The translations under genes and the position numbers were made by a program. The notes beneath the pieces were generated by a model. That model had not been told where the DNA came from and searched no databases. It saw only the letters and a list, made by a program, of their open reading frames with translations. This document shows positions 46,221 through 59,900 of a DNA stretch of 64,000 nucleotides, in pieces. How positions within the stretch are numbered: position 1 is the first letter of the stretch; every line of letters begins with the position of its first letter. Source of the DNA: Pristiophorus japonicus (Eukaryota); the NCBI RefSeq assembly GCF_044704955.1, contig NC_092003.1, positions 8,494,001-8,558,000 of the forward strand. The letters run 5' to 3'.

Positions 46221-46939
46221 GAGTGTCAGCCTAGATTTTTGTGCTCAAGTCTCGGGAATGGGACTCGAATCCACGATCCGGCTCAGAGGCAAGAGAGAGG
46301 AGTGCTACCTACTGAGCCAAGACTGGCAATCCTTCGCCTCCCTCCCCCAATCTGCTGTGAGGGGGAACCACTTAGGCCGGGGAGGGGAGGGAGGAGACTG
46401 TTTGCCAGGGTTTCGGGCACCCCGACTCCCCCCGGTGTAAAGTGAGGGTGACGGGATCGGGGGCTTCGTTGCCGGCAGATCATTAATGGATGAGGTAGCA
46501 AGATTCTCTGCTTCCCATGCAAGCTGTTCCCCAGCGAGAGCCAGCGTCCCCTGGGAAAGGAGTGGGGGCGGGGGGGGGGAGGGGAGGCAGGGAAACTGGA
46601 CAAAGCCTTAATACTCGTTCAGCCCCCGATACGCAGCTGCTCAGGCCCCTTTGAATTCTGACCGTTGCCGGGCGATAAAGCGATCAGGCTCGGCTAAGTG
46701 TCCCCAGGCCTTGGCCTCACCAACAAACAGATGCGGCCTGGTTTTCCTGGGTCTGTGTTGTCACGGTAACCCCAGCGAGCGGCCAGCTGTCTGGCTTGTT
46801 TTGTTTCAGGCCCAGCCGGGAGTTGGGGGTCACCGATGGGGCTGAGAGGGATGTGTGGCGAGATGGAGAGAGAGTGAGAGATGGCGGGGGCGGGGGTGGG
46901 GGGGGGGGGGGGCAGGGAGACAGAAATAGAGAGAGGACA

Positions 46940-48275
46940 GCATCCCCGAAGGTAGCGGGCCAGGTCGATAAGGTGGTTAAGAAGGTATGCGGGATACTTG
47001 CCTGTATTAGCCGAGGCATAGAATACAAGAGCAGGGAGGTTATGCTTGAAGTGTATCAAACACTAGTTAGGCCACAGCTGGAGTACTGCGTGCAGTTCTG
47101 GTCAACACATTACAGGAAGGATGTGATTGCACTGGAGAGGGTGCAGAGGAGATTTACGAGGATGTCGCCGGGACTGGAGAATTTTAGCTGTGAGGAAAAG
47201 ATTGGATAGGCTGGGGTTGTTTTTTTGGAACAGAGGAGGCTGAGGGGAGACCTGATTGAGGTGTATAAAATTATGAGGGGCCTGGATAGAGTGGATAGGA
47301 CGGACCTATTTCTCTTAGCGGGGGGGGGTCGACAACCAGGGGGCATAGGTTTAAAGTAATTGGGGGGAGGTTAAGAGGGGATTTGAGGGGAAATTTCTTC
47401 ACCCAGAGGGTGGTGGGGGTCTGGGGCAGAACTCACTGCCTGAAAGGGTGGTAGAGGCAGAAACCCTCACCACATTTAAAAAGTACTTGGATAGAAACAT
47501 AGAAACATAGAAAATAGGTGCAGGAGTAGGCCATTCGGCCCTTCGAGCCTGCACCGCCATTCAATGAGTTCATGGCTGAACAATGAGGAGAGACTGGATC
47601 AACTGGGCCTTTATACACTGGAGTTTAGAAGGATGAGAGGGGATCTCATAGAAACGTATAAGATTCTGACGGAACTGGACAGGTTAGATGTGGGAAGAAT
47701 GTTCCCGATGTTGGGAAAGTCCAGAACCAGGGGACACAGTCTTAGGGGTAGGCCATTTAGGACTGAGATGAGGAGAAACTTCTTCACTCAGAGAATTGTT
47801 AACCTGTGAAATTCCCGACTGCAGAGAGTTGTTGATGCTAGTTCATTGGATATATTCAAGAGGGAGTTGGATATGGCCCTTACGGCTAAAGGGATCAAGG
47901 GGTATGGAGAGAAAGCAGGAACGGGGTACTGAGGGAATGATCAGCCATGATCTTATTGAATGGTGGTGCAGGCTCGAAGGGCCGAATGGGCCGGCCGACA
48001 AAGAGCCACCCAGCCCAATCCCACTTTTCAGCTCTCGGTCCGTAGTCCTGTAGGTTACAAATGCACATCCAAGTACTTTTTAAATGTGGTGAGGGTTTCT
48101 GCCTCTACCACCCTTTCAGGCAGTGAGTTCCGCCCCAGCCCCACACCAGCTCTGGGTGAAGACATTTCCCCTCAAATCCCCTCTAAACCTCCCCCCCCCA
48201 TTACTTTAATTCCACACCCCCTGGTTATTGACCTCTCTGCTCAGGGTAATAGGTCCTCCCTATCCACTCTATCTA
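46940..48275. mobile_element. Nested CR1 3' fragments
   Basis: Two CR1 subfamilies in both orientations. Confidence 0.8.
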
Positions 48276-50752
48276 GGGGGGGATGGGTAAGAGAGAGAGC
48301 ATGAGGGAAAGAGAGAGAGAACGTGAGACAGCGGGTACGAGTGAGAAAGAGAGAGAGTGTGAGCGCGAGCGACAGAGAGAGAGAGAGAGAGAGTGAGCAC
48401 GAGCCACAAAGAGTGGGAGAGAGTGTGAGCGAGAGAGAGGGGAAGAGAGAATGTGAGCACGAGCAGCAGATAGAGAGAAAGAGGGAGAGAAAAGGAGGTG
48501 GAAAGTGTGAGAGAGACAGAAAGAGAGCCAGCGCGATCGAAAGAAAGACACAGAGGTACAGAGAGATGCAGACATACAGAAAGAACGATGCAGAGAAAAG
48601 AGGAGAAAGAGAGGTCTAAAAGAGAGAGAGAGACAGACAGCAAGGAGATGCACTGAAGAGAGGGAAGTGAAAACAGTGAGAAATGCAAAGAAATATGGAG
48701 AGAAAGAGTAAATGATTAAAACTGGAGAAATTAGCACAGAACTCAGTCTCATTGTATTGTTGTTTAATAAATACAAACAGATTGTAGACAGGAAGTAGCA
48801 CAATTAATAATAACACTGTTTATACCAGTAAAAACTTAAAACAGTTTCATTAAAAAGTCCAGATAATAAAACACAGGGGGGTAGTTCTTGAGTGTGCTTG
48901 TGTTTGGGCGATAGGGAGTCATCTTACAACTCGCCCTATTTTTGTTCCCATGGATTCCAATTCGCTTTTGCCTGTTTCACACTGAAGTCAAGAACCACCC
49001 CACACAGTTTCTTATTTCACAGCTTGAAGACAGGACCCCTGTCCCAGGATACCAGGCCCCCCCTTAGGTGGGGAGTCCCTGGCTTTAATCCTCGATAGTA
49101 ACACCCCACCCCCCCACTCCGCGCGCCCCCCCCCCACTCCCCTCCTGACGGTGACAGCTTAGTTCCAGGGACTCTGGCCGCATTCAGGCGCCTTGCCCGA
49201 AATCACCCACGGCCCGGGGCAGTGGAGCTATCCGGCTACAGCAGGCATCGCGGGCCGAATACCCGATCGCACCCTCATCCCCGCACGCGCACCGATGGGG
49301 GTCACTGGATGGCAATCAGGAGCCGGTACCCTGGCTGCTTTCTATGCCCTGCCCCCATCCCCCTGCTCTTAGCCCCACCAACGCTGAGAGAAATGGAGGA
49401 AGTGGGGGGTGGGGGGGGCAAGGGAGACGAACTAAGCGATGTTGAGATACTTTGAATTGTTAAGCTCTCCGAGAGAACGAGCACAGAATTATTTCTGCGT
49501 TTCAACAAGCACTGCCCTCCCTCCCACTCCCCAGTCACCCACACGACCGCTCGAGTTGCCGAGTGCAGACTCGTGTGAGACTCTCTCCAGATTCCATCCC
49601 TGGGCTGTGCTGAGATAGCTGGTCTCAGATGTTGGGATGTGAGTGGGCGTTACAGATAATCCCCAGCCCTGGGATGCAGTCTACATTCCCCCGTGTGTGT
49701 GTCTGCGTCCGTGCCTGTGGGTATGCATGTCTGTGTGCGCGTGCCTTTTAGAAAATGTATTCGCTCGCGGGATGTGGGCGTCATTTGCAAGGCCCAGCAT
49801 TTATCGCTGATCCATAATTGCCCCTTGAGAAGGTGGTGGTGAGCCGCCTTCTTGAACCGCTGCAGTCCGTGTGGTGAAGGTGCTCCCACAGTGCTGTTAG
49901 GGAGGGAGTTCCAGGATTGTGACCCAGCGAAGATGAAGGAACGGCCGATATATTTCCAAGTCGGGATGGTGTGTGGGTGTGACTGGGAGGGGAACGTGGA
50001 GGTGGTGTTCCCATGCGCCTGCTGCCCTTGTCCTTCTAGGCGGTAGAGGTGGCGGGTTTGGGAGGTGCTGCCGAAGAAGCCTTGGCGAGTTGCTGCAGTG
50101 CGTCTTGTAGACGGTGCACACTGCAGCCAGGGGGCGCCAGTGGTGGAGGGAGTGAGTGTTGAAGGTGGTGGGTAGCGTGCTGATCAAGCGGGCATGTGAG
50201 AAGCTGACTGGACTGCGACGCCCCTCACGGTCGAATGGCACACCGACACTCGCCGCCTAACCTCACGGGTGACAAATGGCCGCTCGCAGGAAGGGGAGGG
50301 GTGGGGGGGGGGGGGTGGCATCATGGAACCCGTTCCCTAGCCCAGGGATGGAGATTGGGCGGGAAAATCAAACAATCAGTGACAGACTGAGATTGGGAGC
50401 TGGCCGCCTGTGGGAGTTGGACAGGTTCAGAACTGCATCTCATGGGCCCGCCGAGACCATGTGTCGGACCATTCCAGAGTGGCTGTGAAGCAAGATACCG
50501 TAGCTACCAACAAAAAGTCCCAGAGCAATAACTTACTACAAAAAAAAAACACACACACAATTCTTCGACACTACTCACCAAGTGTATAAATGGGGACCGG
50601 GGGCAAAGGGTTAACTTATTTGTCCCACTTAGAAGGCAATTGATATAGGCCCGAGGCCTCGCGACCTCAGATTTGACCTCTTCCCACAATGCAGCGTCTC
50701 TTAGCGGTTGGTTTGCACCCAGCATGCTGTGCGGCGCCGGCCACCCATTGGC

Positions 50753-50944
50753 TCAGATGAAGACGCTGGGGAGGGCGGCCTGCTCCTCCTGAGGGCCCTG
50801 CCTGCGGGAGGAGGGATCAAGAAGCAGCTCCTTCTCCCGGGATAGGCAGCGGGCCAGCTCCTTCCGCTTGTAGTTCCGGTAGACCTTCAGGAAGGCCAAC
50901 ACGCCAAGCAACACCCATATCGTCCAGATGCTCCACAGCCCGAA
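50753..50944 (-). CDS. TMEM179: TMEM179-like exon 4
   Basis: FGLWSIWTIWVLLGVLAFLKVYRNYKRKELARCLSREKELLL...PSVFI*. Confidence 0.9.
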   Translation of the reverse strand, partial: FGLWSIWTIWVLLGVLAFLKVYRNYKRKELARCLSREKELLLDPSSRRQGPQEEQAALPSVFI

Positions 50945-53900
50945 CTGGAAAGAACAATAACTTGTATTTATATAGTGCCTTTAACATCGTGAAACGTCCC
51001 AAGTGCTACGCGATAAAAGTTTGACACTGAGCTGCATAAGGAGAAATGAGGACATGAAGCTTGGTCAAAGAGGGAGGTATTAAGGAGCGTCTTGAAGGAG
51101 GAGAGAGAGGCGGACAGGTTTAGGGAGGGAGTTCCAGAGCTTTGGGCCCAGGCAACCGATGGTGGAGCGATTATAATCAGGGATGGTCAGGAGGGCAGAA
51201 TTAGAGGAGCGCAGAGATCTCGGGGGGTTGTGGGGCTGGAGGAGATTACAGAGATAGGGAGGGGCGAGGGCCATGGAGGGATTTGTAAACAAGGATGAGA
51301 GTTTTGAAATTGAAGCGTTGCTTAACCGGGAGCCAATGTAGGTCAGCGAGCACAGGGGGTGATGAGTGAGCGGGACTCGGTGCGAGTTAGGACACGGGGG
51401 CAACGAGCACAGGGGGTGATGGGTGAGCGGGACTCGGTGCGAGTTAGGACACGGGGCAGCGAGCACAGGGGGCGATGGGTGAGCGGGACTCGGTGCGAGT
51501 TAGGACACGGGTCAGCGAGCACAGGGGGCGATGGGTGAGCGGGACTTGGTGCGAGTTAGGACACGGGGTCAGCGAGCACAGGGGGTGATGGGTGAGCGGG
51601 ACTCGGTGTGAGTTAGGACACGGGTCAGCGAGCACAGGGGGTGATGGGTGAGCGGGACTCGGTGCGAGTTAGGACACGGGTCAGCGAGCACAGGGGGCGA
51701 TGGGTGAGCGGGACTCGGTGCGAGTTAGGACACGGGGTCAGCGAGCACAGGGGGCGAGGGGTGAGCGGGACTCGGTGCGAGTTAGGACACAGGGCAGTGA
51801 GCACAGTGGGTGATGGGTGAGCGGGACTCGGTGCGAGTTAGGACACGGGTCAGCGAGCACAGGGTGTGATGGGTGAGCGGGACTTGGTGCGAGTTAGGAC
51901 ACGGGGCAGCGAGCACAGGGGGTGATGGGTGAGCGGGACTTGGTGCGAGTTAGGACACGGGGCAGCGAGCACAGGGGGTGATGGGTGAGCGGGACTTGGT
52001 GCGAGTTAGGACACGGGGCAGCCGAGTTTTAGATCACCTCTAGTTTACGTCGGGTAGAATGTGGGAGGCCGGCCAGGAGAGCGTTGGAATAGTCACGTCT
52101 GGAGATAACGATGGCATGAATGAGGGCTTCAACAGCAGATGAGTTGAGGCAGGGGGCGGAGACGGGCGATGTTACAGAGGTGGAAATAGGTGGTCTTAGT
52201 TATGCTGCAGATATGTGGCCGGAAGCTCATTAAAGGGGAAAAGCGGAGAGGTCAACGTCAGTTGCAGGATCAGGAAGCTCGTGGCTTGCCCCCACCTCCG
52301 CTACTTCCAACCCCACCAACAGCTCACACTTAAACAGCGTCTTTAACTTGGTGTCAGCCGTGGCTCAGTGGATAGCACTCTCGTGCCTCAAGAGGTCATG
52401 GGTCCCACTCCAGAGACTCAGGCACAAATATCTAGGTCAACACTCCCAGCCCTGCGCTGTCGGAGGTGCTGTCTTTTCGGACGAGCCTTGCATTTCTACA
52501 GGGCCTCAGGACGTCCTAAAGCGCTTTACAGCCAATGCAGTACTTTTGGAGTGCAGTCACTGTTGTAATGTGGGAAACGCGGCAGCCAATTTGCGCACAG
52601 CAAGCTCCCACACACAGCAATGTGATAATGACCCAGATCAGCTGCCTTAGTGATGTTGGCTGAGGGGAATGCTGGCCCCAGCACACCAGGGATAACTCCC
52701 CTGCATCTTTCAATAGTGCCATAGGATCTTTTATGTCCACCTGAGAGGGCAGAGGGGCCTCGGTTTGACGTCTCATCCGAAAGACGGCACCTCCGACAGT
52801 GCGGCACGCCCTCAGTACTGCCCCTCCGACAGTGCGGCGCTCCCTCAGTACTACCCTTCCGACAGTGCGACGCTCCCTCAGCACTGCCCCTCCGACAGTG
52901 CGCCGCTCCCTCAGCACTGCCCCTCCGACAGTGCGGCGCTCCCTCAGCACTGCCCCTCCGACAGTGCGGCGCTACCTCAGCACTGCTCCTCCGACAGTGC
53001 GGCGCTCCCTCAGCACTGCCCCTCCGACAGTGCGGCGCTCCCTCAGCACTGCCCCTCCGACAGTGTGGCGCTCCTTCAGTACTATACTGGGAGTGTCCGC
53101 CTGAATTTGCTGCTCAAGTCTCTGGAGTGGGGCTTGGACCCACGACCTTCTGACTCAGAGGCGAGTGTACCATCTACTGAGCCAGGCCTGAGATAAAACC
53201 ACCTGCCAGTACTGGAGATGACGCTCCCATTCCTGATTATGCTCCTCCCGAGGGAGAGGTCTTCCGTCTGGCTGGCTCGCTTGCTCCCAAGCCACACGGT
53301 GGAAGAGGAGGGCGGGCCGCTTCGATTCATCAGGTTACCATGACAACAGTACGCGTCTGCACTCACCTGGGCAATCCTGAAGTGGATGTAGAAGGCAGAT
53401 GTGTCCACATTCAGGTGAAGGTTCGTCGATTGGATCTCCTCACAACTGCCAAGCAAAGAGAGCAGGAATAAATCCCAGAGCAACGCAGGAGGAAAAAAAG
53501 CATCGGAACAGGAGGAGGCCATCCAGACCCTCGAGTCTGCTCTGCCAATCAGATTGTGGCTGATCTGTACCACAACTCCATTTACCTGCTTCGCCTTACA
53601 GCCAATGAAGTACTTTTAGAATGTAGTCACTGTTGTAACGCGGCAGCCAATTTGCGCACAGCAAGCTCCCACAAACAACAATGTGATAACCACCAGATAA
53701 TCTATTTTTGTTATTTTTGATTGAGGGATTAATATTGGCCCCAGGGCACCGGGGAGAACTCCCCTGCTCTTCTTCGAAATAGTGCGATGGGCTGTTTTAC
53801 GTCCACCTGAGAGGGCAGACGGGGCCTCGCTTTAATATCTCATCCAAAAGATGGCGCCTTCGACAGTGCGGCGCTCCCTCAGTACCACCCCTCTGACAGT

Positions 53901-56900
53901 GCGGCGCTCCCTCAGTACCGCCCCTCTGACAGTGCGGCGCTCCCTCAGTACTGCCCCTCCGACAGTACGGCACTCCCTCAGTACTGCCCCTCTGACAGTG
54001 CGGCACTCCCTCAGTACTGCCCCTCCGACAGTGCGGCGTTCCCTCAGTACATCACTTGGGTGTTGGCCTAGATTTCTGTGCTCAAGTCCCTAGAGTGGGA
54101 CTTGAACCCACAACCTTCTGACTCAGATGCGAGTGTGCTGCTTACTCAGCCACGGTCAACATCCATCCCACTCATTATTCCTCGCTTCTCACCATCTGGA
54201 AATCGAGACTCATCATTGCCCCATCAACTACTCTGACTCATTCTGTCCCCAGGTCCTCTGTCTCCTCCCCTCCCTCAGTCCATCATCGCCTACACGCTAC
54301 AGTCTGTTAAAACCCGACAGTGCGGCGCTCCCTCAGCACTGCCCCTCCGACAGTGCGGCGCTCCCTCAGCACTGCCCCTCCGACAGTGCGGCGCTCCCTC
54401 AGCACTGCCCCTCCGACAGTGCGGCGCTCCCTCAGTACTGCCGCCTACGACAGTGCGGCGCTCCCTCAGCACTGCCCCTCCGACAGTGCGGCGCTCCCTC
54501 AGCACTGCCCCTCCGACAGTGCGGCGCTCCCTCAGTACTGCCGCCTACGACACTGCGGGACTTCCTCAGTACTGCCCCTCAGGGCATCTAGTTTCACCTC
54601 ACCCTCAGAACAGAAAGAGGCCATTTGGCCCATCGTGTCTGTGGTGCTCTTTTGCATTGTGAGCTTTGAGCCATCTGTTTTTTTTCCATTCATTCATTCA
54701 CGGGATGTGGGCGTCGCTGGCAAGGCCAGTATTTATTGCCCATCCCTAATTGCCCCTTGAGAACCGCTGCAGTATGTGCTTTATATACACCTTTGTAGCA
54801 GTTTGGTACAAGGCCATTTCCGAGGGCAGTTAAGAGTCAACCACATCGCTTGTGGGTCTGGAGTCACATACCGGCCAGACCGCAGATGGGGGAGGGAAGA
54901 ATTCATCAGCTCACCTCATGGGCATGTTGCCGTGATCGGTGACCAGGTCACACCAGATGTTGAAGCCCACACTGATCATCACGCTGGCCACGATGGTCAG
55001 GAACAGCACCGAACAACTCAGCAACAGGTTCAGGAACGCAGAGAAGAATGTGCTGAAAGTCAAAACACATAGGACGCTCCGTCATTACAATCGAGATCCA
55101 GTGTCTGCAGCACTTGAAGACATAAGGTCTACCCTCATGTCAAATGCCAACGAGACCACATTTTGCCAGGCCTTGGCCAGGACGTCGGTACCGGAGAAAG
55201 AGAAGAAAGATTTGCATTTATATAGCGACACTGGATGTCTCAAAGCACTTTACAGCCAATGAAGCACTTTTTGGAGAGCAGTCACTGTTGTAATGTGGGA
55301 AACACGGCAGCCATCTTGTGCTCAGCAAGCTCCCACACACAGCAATGTGATAATGACCCAGACCATCTGTTTTAGTGATGTTGATTGAGGGTTAAATATT
55401 GGCTCCAGGACACTGGGGAGAACTCCCCTGCTCTTCTTCCAATAGTGGCCGTGGGATCTTTTACATCCACCTGAGAGGGCAGACGGGGCCTCGGTTTAAC
55501 GTCTCATCCGTAAGACGGCACTGTTGGAGGGGCAGTACTGAGAGAGCGCCGCACTGTCGGAGGGGCAGTACTGAGGGAGCGCCGCACTGTCAGAGGGGCA
55601 GTACTGAGGGAGCACCGCACTGTCGGAGGGACTGTACTGAGGGAGCGCCGCACTGTCGGAGGGGCGGTACTGAGGGAGCGCCGCACTGTCGGAGGGGCGG
55701 TACTGAGGGAGCGCCGCACTGTCGGAGGTGCCGTTTTTCGGATGAGACATTAAACCGAGGCCCCGTCTGCCCTCTCAGGTGGATGTAAAAGATCCCTTGG
55801 CACTATTTGGAAGAAGAGCGGGGGGAGTTCTCCCCGGTGTCCTGGTGCCAAAATGTATCCCTCAGCCAACATCACTAAAACAGATGATCTGGGTCATTAT
55901 CACATTGCTGTTTGTGGGAGCTTGCTGTGCGCAAATTGGCTGCTGGGTTTCCCACATTACAACAGTGAGCACACTCCGAAAAGCACTTCGTCGGCTGCAA
56001 AGCGCTTTGAAAGGCGCTATATAAATGCAAGTTTTTATGGGAACATACTGGCCCTTTCCCAGGTACTTCTGCATCCTTCCCTATAAACGGGGATGGCTGC
56101 AAGGAGCAAAATAATTCAATGCACGTGGAAGTAGCCGGTAATAATTTGTTCTCGCGAACAGTTGGAGGGAGAGGCTGGTCACTTTAGCAGCAAGGGCTGA
56201 AAAGAGCATGTCTGCAAGGGACGAGAGAGAGAGAGAGAGAGAGAGATGGCGAGGGGGAGCACCACAGGCCAAGATCATTAGCAAGGCTCCCTCCTGGTCA
56301 AATGGGCTTCTCGTCCCGACAATGTAATGGGGCCTGTGATTGAATGCACTGTGCCTGCAAGTCACGGTAATGGAATCGGCTAAACAGCGCACCCACCCCC
56401 ACCCGGCGCCAATGGGCAGCTGCCCGGCAGTGTGGGAGGGGCCAGTCTGACAGCTTGTATATTGTCATACATCGTGTGACAATCAGAGGTTCCAATCTCT
56501 CCCAGAAACCCCCCCCACTGGCCATCTCCCCGACCCTAAACCGCTGTGCAAAACATGCAAGGAAAACTCTTAGAATTTGCAGAGATGGGTCGCTTTTTCG
56601 ATCTTTCCCCCACGCCCCCAACTCCTCTCCTGCCCATCACTAGAGCAGGAGGCCCACAAGCAGGTAACTCGGGTTACCAATCCCTCAGAGACTGCCCGGG
56701 AATCTCCAGCAATTAACGATGAACCTGCGGGACACTGCTTCAAGTAACACCCAGCCCCCACTCTCCCCACCCACCCCCCACAGGAGAACATATATCATAG
56801 AAGCATTACTGTGCGTTTTAAATAAAGACAATTGTTCTTTGAACTCTCGCAGCACGGAAGACAACCATTCAACCTATCGTAATATAACAACTCTTTGAAC

Positions 56901-59900
56901 GAGCAATCGTGCTCAGGCCCACAACTCCCCCCCCCCCGCCCCGCCCCCAGCTTTTTATGGCCCGCCACCCCTGCACGTTCTCTCCTGTAGCCGCACAAAT
57001 ATCGGAGCTTGCGGAAAATAGGCTGCTCGAGTGGGGCGGGGCGCTCATCTGATGAAACGTCCGGAAACACGAGCAGAGTTGGAAGTGCGAGTGTTTGCTG
57101 CCGCCCGACCCCTGCACCTTGCCCATCCGTCGTGGGCGAGCTCAGACAGCGAGCCTCAGCAGGCTTGTCGACCAAGGGGGGAGGGGGGAACAGGGCATTG
57201 AAACATCGGGGCTAAGCCCAGTCTTATCATTATTGTATATTGTCCAGCATCAGGAGGGGCGTCCCCTCCCCCAACTTGGGTCTCGCTGCGGCCTGCTGAA
57301 GCGACCTTAACATGGCAGGGGCCTGGGACCTAGCAGAGGACCCCCTGGTCCTTCCCCTGGCCCAGCAAACGCCGCAGGAGCTGCACTTCACCACCAGGGA
57401 GCAGTGCACCCCTCATTCTTCTTCCTTATTAATAACTCCACCATTAAAACTCGGCTGCCCCCGTGTCCTAACTCGCACCGAGTCCCGCTCACCCATCACC
57501 CCCTGTGCTCGCTGACCCCGTGTCCTAACTCGCACCCAGTCCTGCTCACCCATCACCCCCTGCGCTCGCTGCCCCGTGTCCTAACTCGCACCGAGTCCCG
57601 CTCACCCATCACCCCCTGTGCTCGCTGACCCCGTGTCCTAACTCGCACCCAGTCCTGCTCACCCATCACCCCCTGCGCTCGCTGCCCCGTGTCCTAACTC
57701 GCACCGAGTCCCGTTCACCCATCACCCCCTGTGCTCGCTGACCCCGTGTCCTAACTCGCACCCAGTCCCGCTCACCCATCACCCCCTGTGCTCGCTGCCC
57801 CGTGTCCTAACTCGCATTGAGTCCCGTTCACCCATCACCCCCTGTGCTCGCTGCCCGTGTCCTAACTCGCACTGAGTCCCACTCACCCATCACTCCTTGT
57901 GCTCGCTGACCGACATTAGCTCCCGGTTAAGCAACGCCTCGATTTCAAAATTCTCATCCTCCTTTTCAAATTCCTCCATGGCCTCACCCTTCCCTATCTC
58001 TGTAATCTCCTCCAGCCCCACAACCCCCCCCCCCCCCCACCCCGAGATCTCTGCGCTCCTCTAATTCTGCCCTCCTGAGCATCCCTGATTATAATCGTTC
58101 CATCGGTGGCCGTGCCTTCTGTTGCCTGGGCCCCAAGCTCTGGAACTCCCTCCCTAAACTTCTCCGCCTCTTTATCTCTCTCTCTTCCTTCGAGACGCTC
58201 CTTAAAACCGACCTCTTTGACCATGTCTGCCCTAATTTCTCCTTATGTGGTTCGGTGTAAAATTTTTTATCTGATAACACTCCTGTGAAGCGCCGTGGGA
58301 CGTTTCGCTACATTAAAGGCGCTATATAAATACAAGTTGTTGTTGTTTCTTGGACTCAAAGGAGCATTTAAGCGATGGCAAAAACGATCGGTCAGTCCGA
58401 TTAAAGGGTTACATCACGAGGACAGGTTGCATAAGCTTTGCTCATATTCCCTTGAGTTTAGAAGGTTGAGGGAAGATCTAATCGAGCTCTTTCAAAGATA
58501 GAGAGGAACTATTTCCTCTGGTGGGGGGAGTCGAGGACAAGGGGGCCTTAATATTAGAGATGGCTCCTTCAGGAGTGATGTCAGGAAGCACTTCTTTGCA
58601 CAAAGGAAATCTGGAACTCTCTTCCCCCAAAAGGGCTGTGGATGCTGGAAGTCCACTGGAGCTTCCAAGACTGCGATGGATAGATTTTTTTGTGGGGTAA
58701 GGGGTATTGAGGGATGTGGGGCCAATTTGGGTAAATGTTGAGGTACAGATCAGCCATGATCTGGTTGAATGGCGGAGCAGTCGCGAGGGGGGGGGGGCCG
58801 AGCGGCCTCCTCCCGTGTAAATAAATCCCGCCCGCTGCTTGTGAATCCAACTCAGACCTGGCCGCAGAATTCCCCAAAGGAGCCAGGTCAGAGGCAAAGC
58901 TTAAACGTCGCTCTGCTTTCCCCTGCGTGGAAACGCACGGGTCCCCGCTCTGGGCTGGGCTGGTGGATCACCACGGGGCTGGGTGGGAGGCCCCGCACTT
59001 GGCCTCTTGGTCCCCGTACCGCGCTCTCGATCGCCACCTAGTGACCCCCACGAGTGGCACATAGGGCAGGTTCGGATTCGGCCGCGCGCCCCCTCCCCTA
59101 GTCGAATAGCCGAACGGGTATTCGCTCTCTCGCCCAGGGTGTTGGGGGCAGGGAGGGGAGGGGGGGGGGGAGAAAGAGGGACCAGTGCGCCTGCGAGCCA
59201 CACCCAGCCAAGAAAATCAGGAAGGAGGGAAGGGGAAGAGAAAGACAGAGGCAAAGAGCAGGAGGAGGAGTGAGAGAGAGAGAGAGAGAGAGAAGGCAGG
59301 AGGGAGAGAGAGAGAGAGCGAAGGAGTTGAGAAAGAGAGCGAGAGAGAAGCAAGGGAGAGGAAGAAAGCGAGAGAGAGGGGGGAAGGAAAGAGAGGGTAA
59401 GAGAGAGGGAAGGAGGAGGAGGGAGGGACGGAAGGAGGAGGGAGGGACGGATGGAGGAGGAGAGAAGTAGGGATGGAGGAGTGGGATGGAGGAGGGGAGA
59501 GAGAAGGAGAAGGGGGAGAGAGAGAGAGCAAAGGGGAGAGGGGAAGAGGGGAGCGAAGGGGAGAGAGAGAGCGAAGGGGAGAGAGGAAGAGGGGAGAGAG
59601 AGAGCGAAGGGGAGAGAGGAAGAGGGGAGAGAGAGAGAGCGAAGGGGCGAGGAAGAGGGGAGAGAGAGAGCGAAGGGGAGAGAGGAAGAGGGGTGAGAGA
59701 GAGCGAAGGGGAGAGAGGAAGAGGGTAGAGAGAGAGAGCGAAGGGGAGAGAGGAAGAGGGGAGAGAGAGAGCGAAGGGGCGAGGAAGAGGGGAGAGAGAG
59801 CGAAGGGGAGAGAGGAAGAGGGCAGAGAGAGAGCTAAGGGGAGAGAGGAAGAGGGCAGAGAGAGAACGAAGGGGAGAGAGGAAGAGGGGAGAGAGAGAGA

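Noticed and set aside
45603-46445. Overlapping 140-270-aa repetitive ORFs ([11 protein letters not shown], mucin-like)
   Set aside because: It is a 33-bp SINE-derived array that is open in several frames on both strands.
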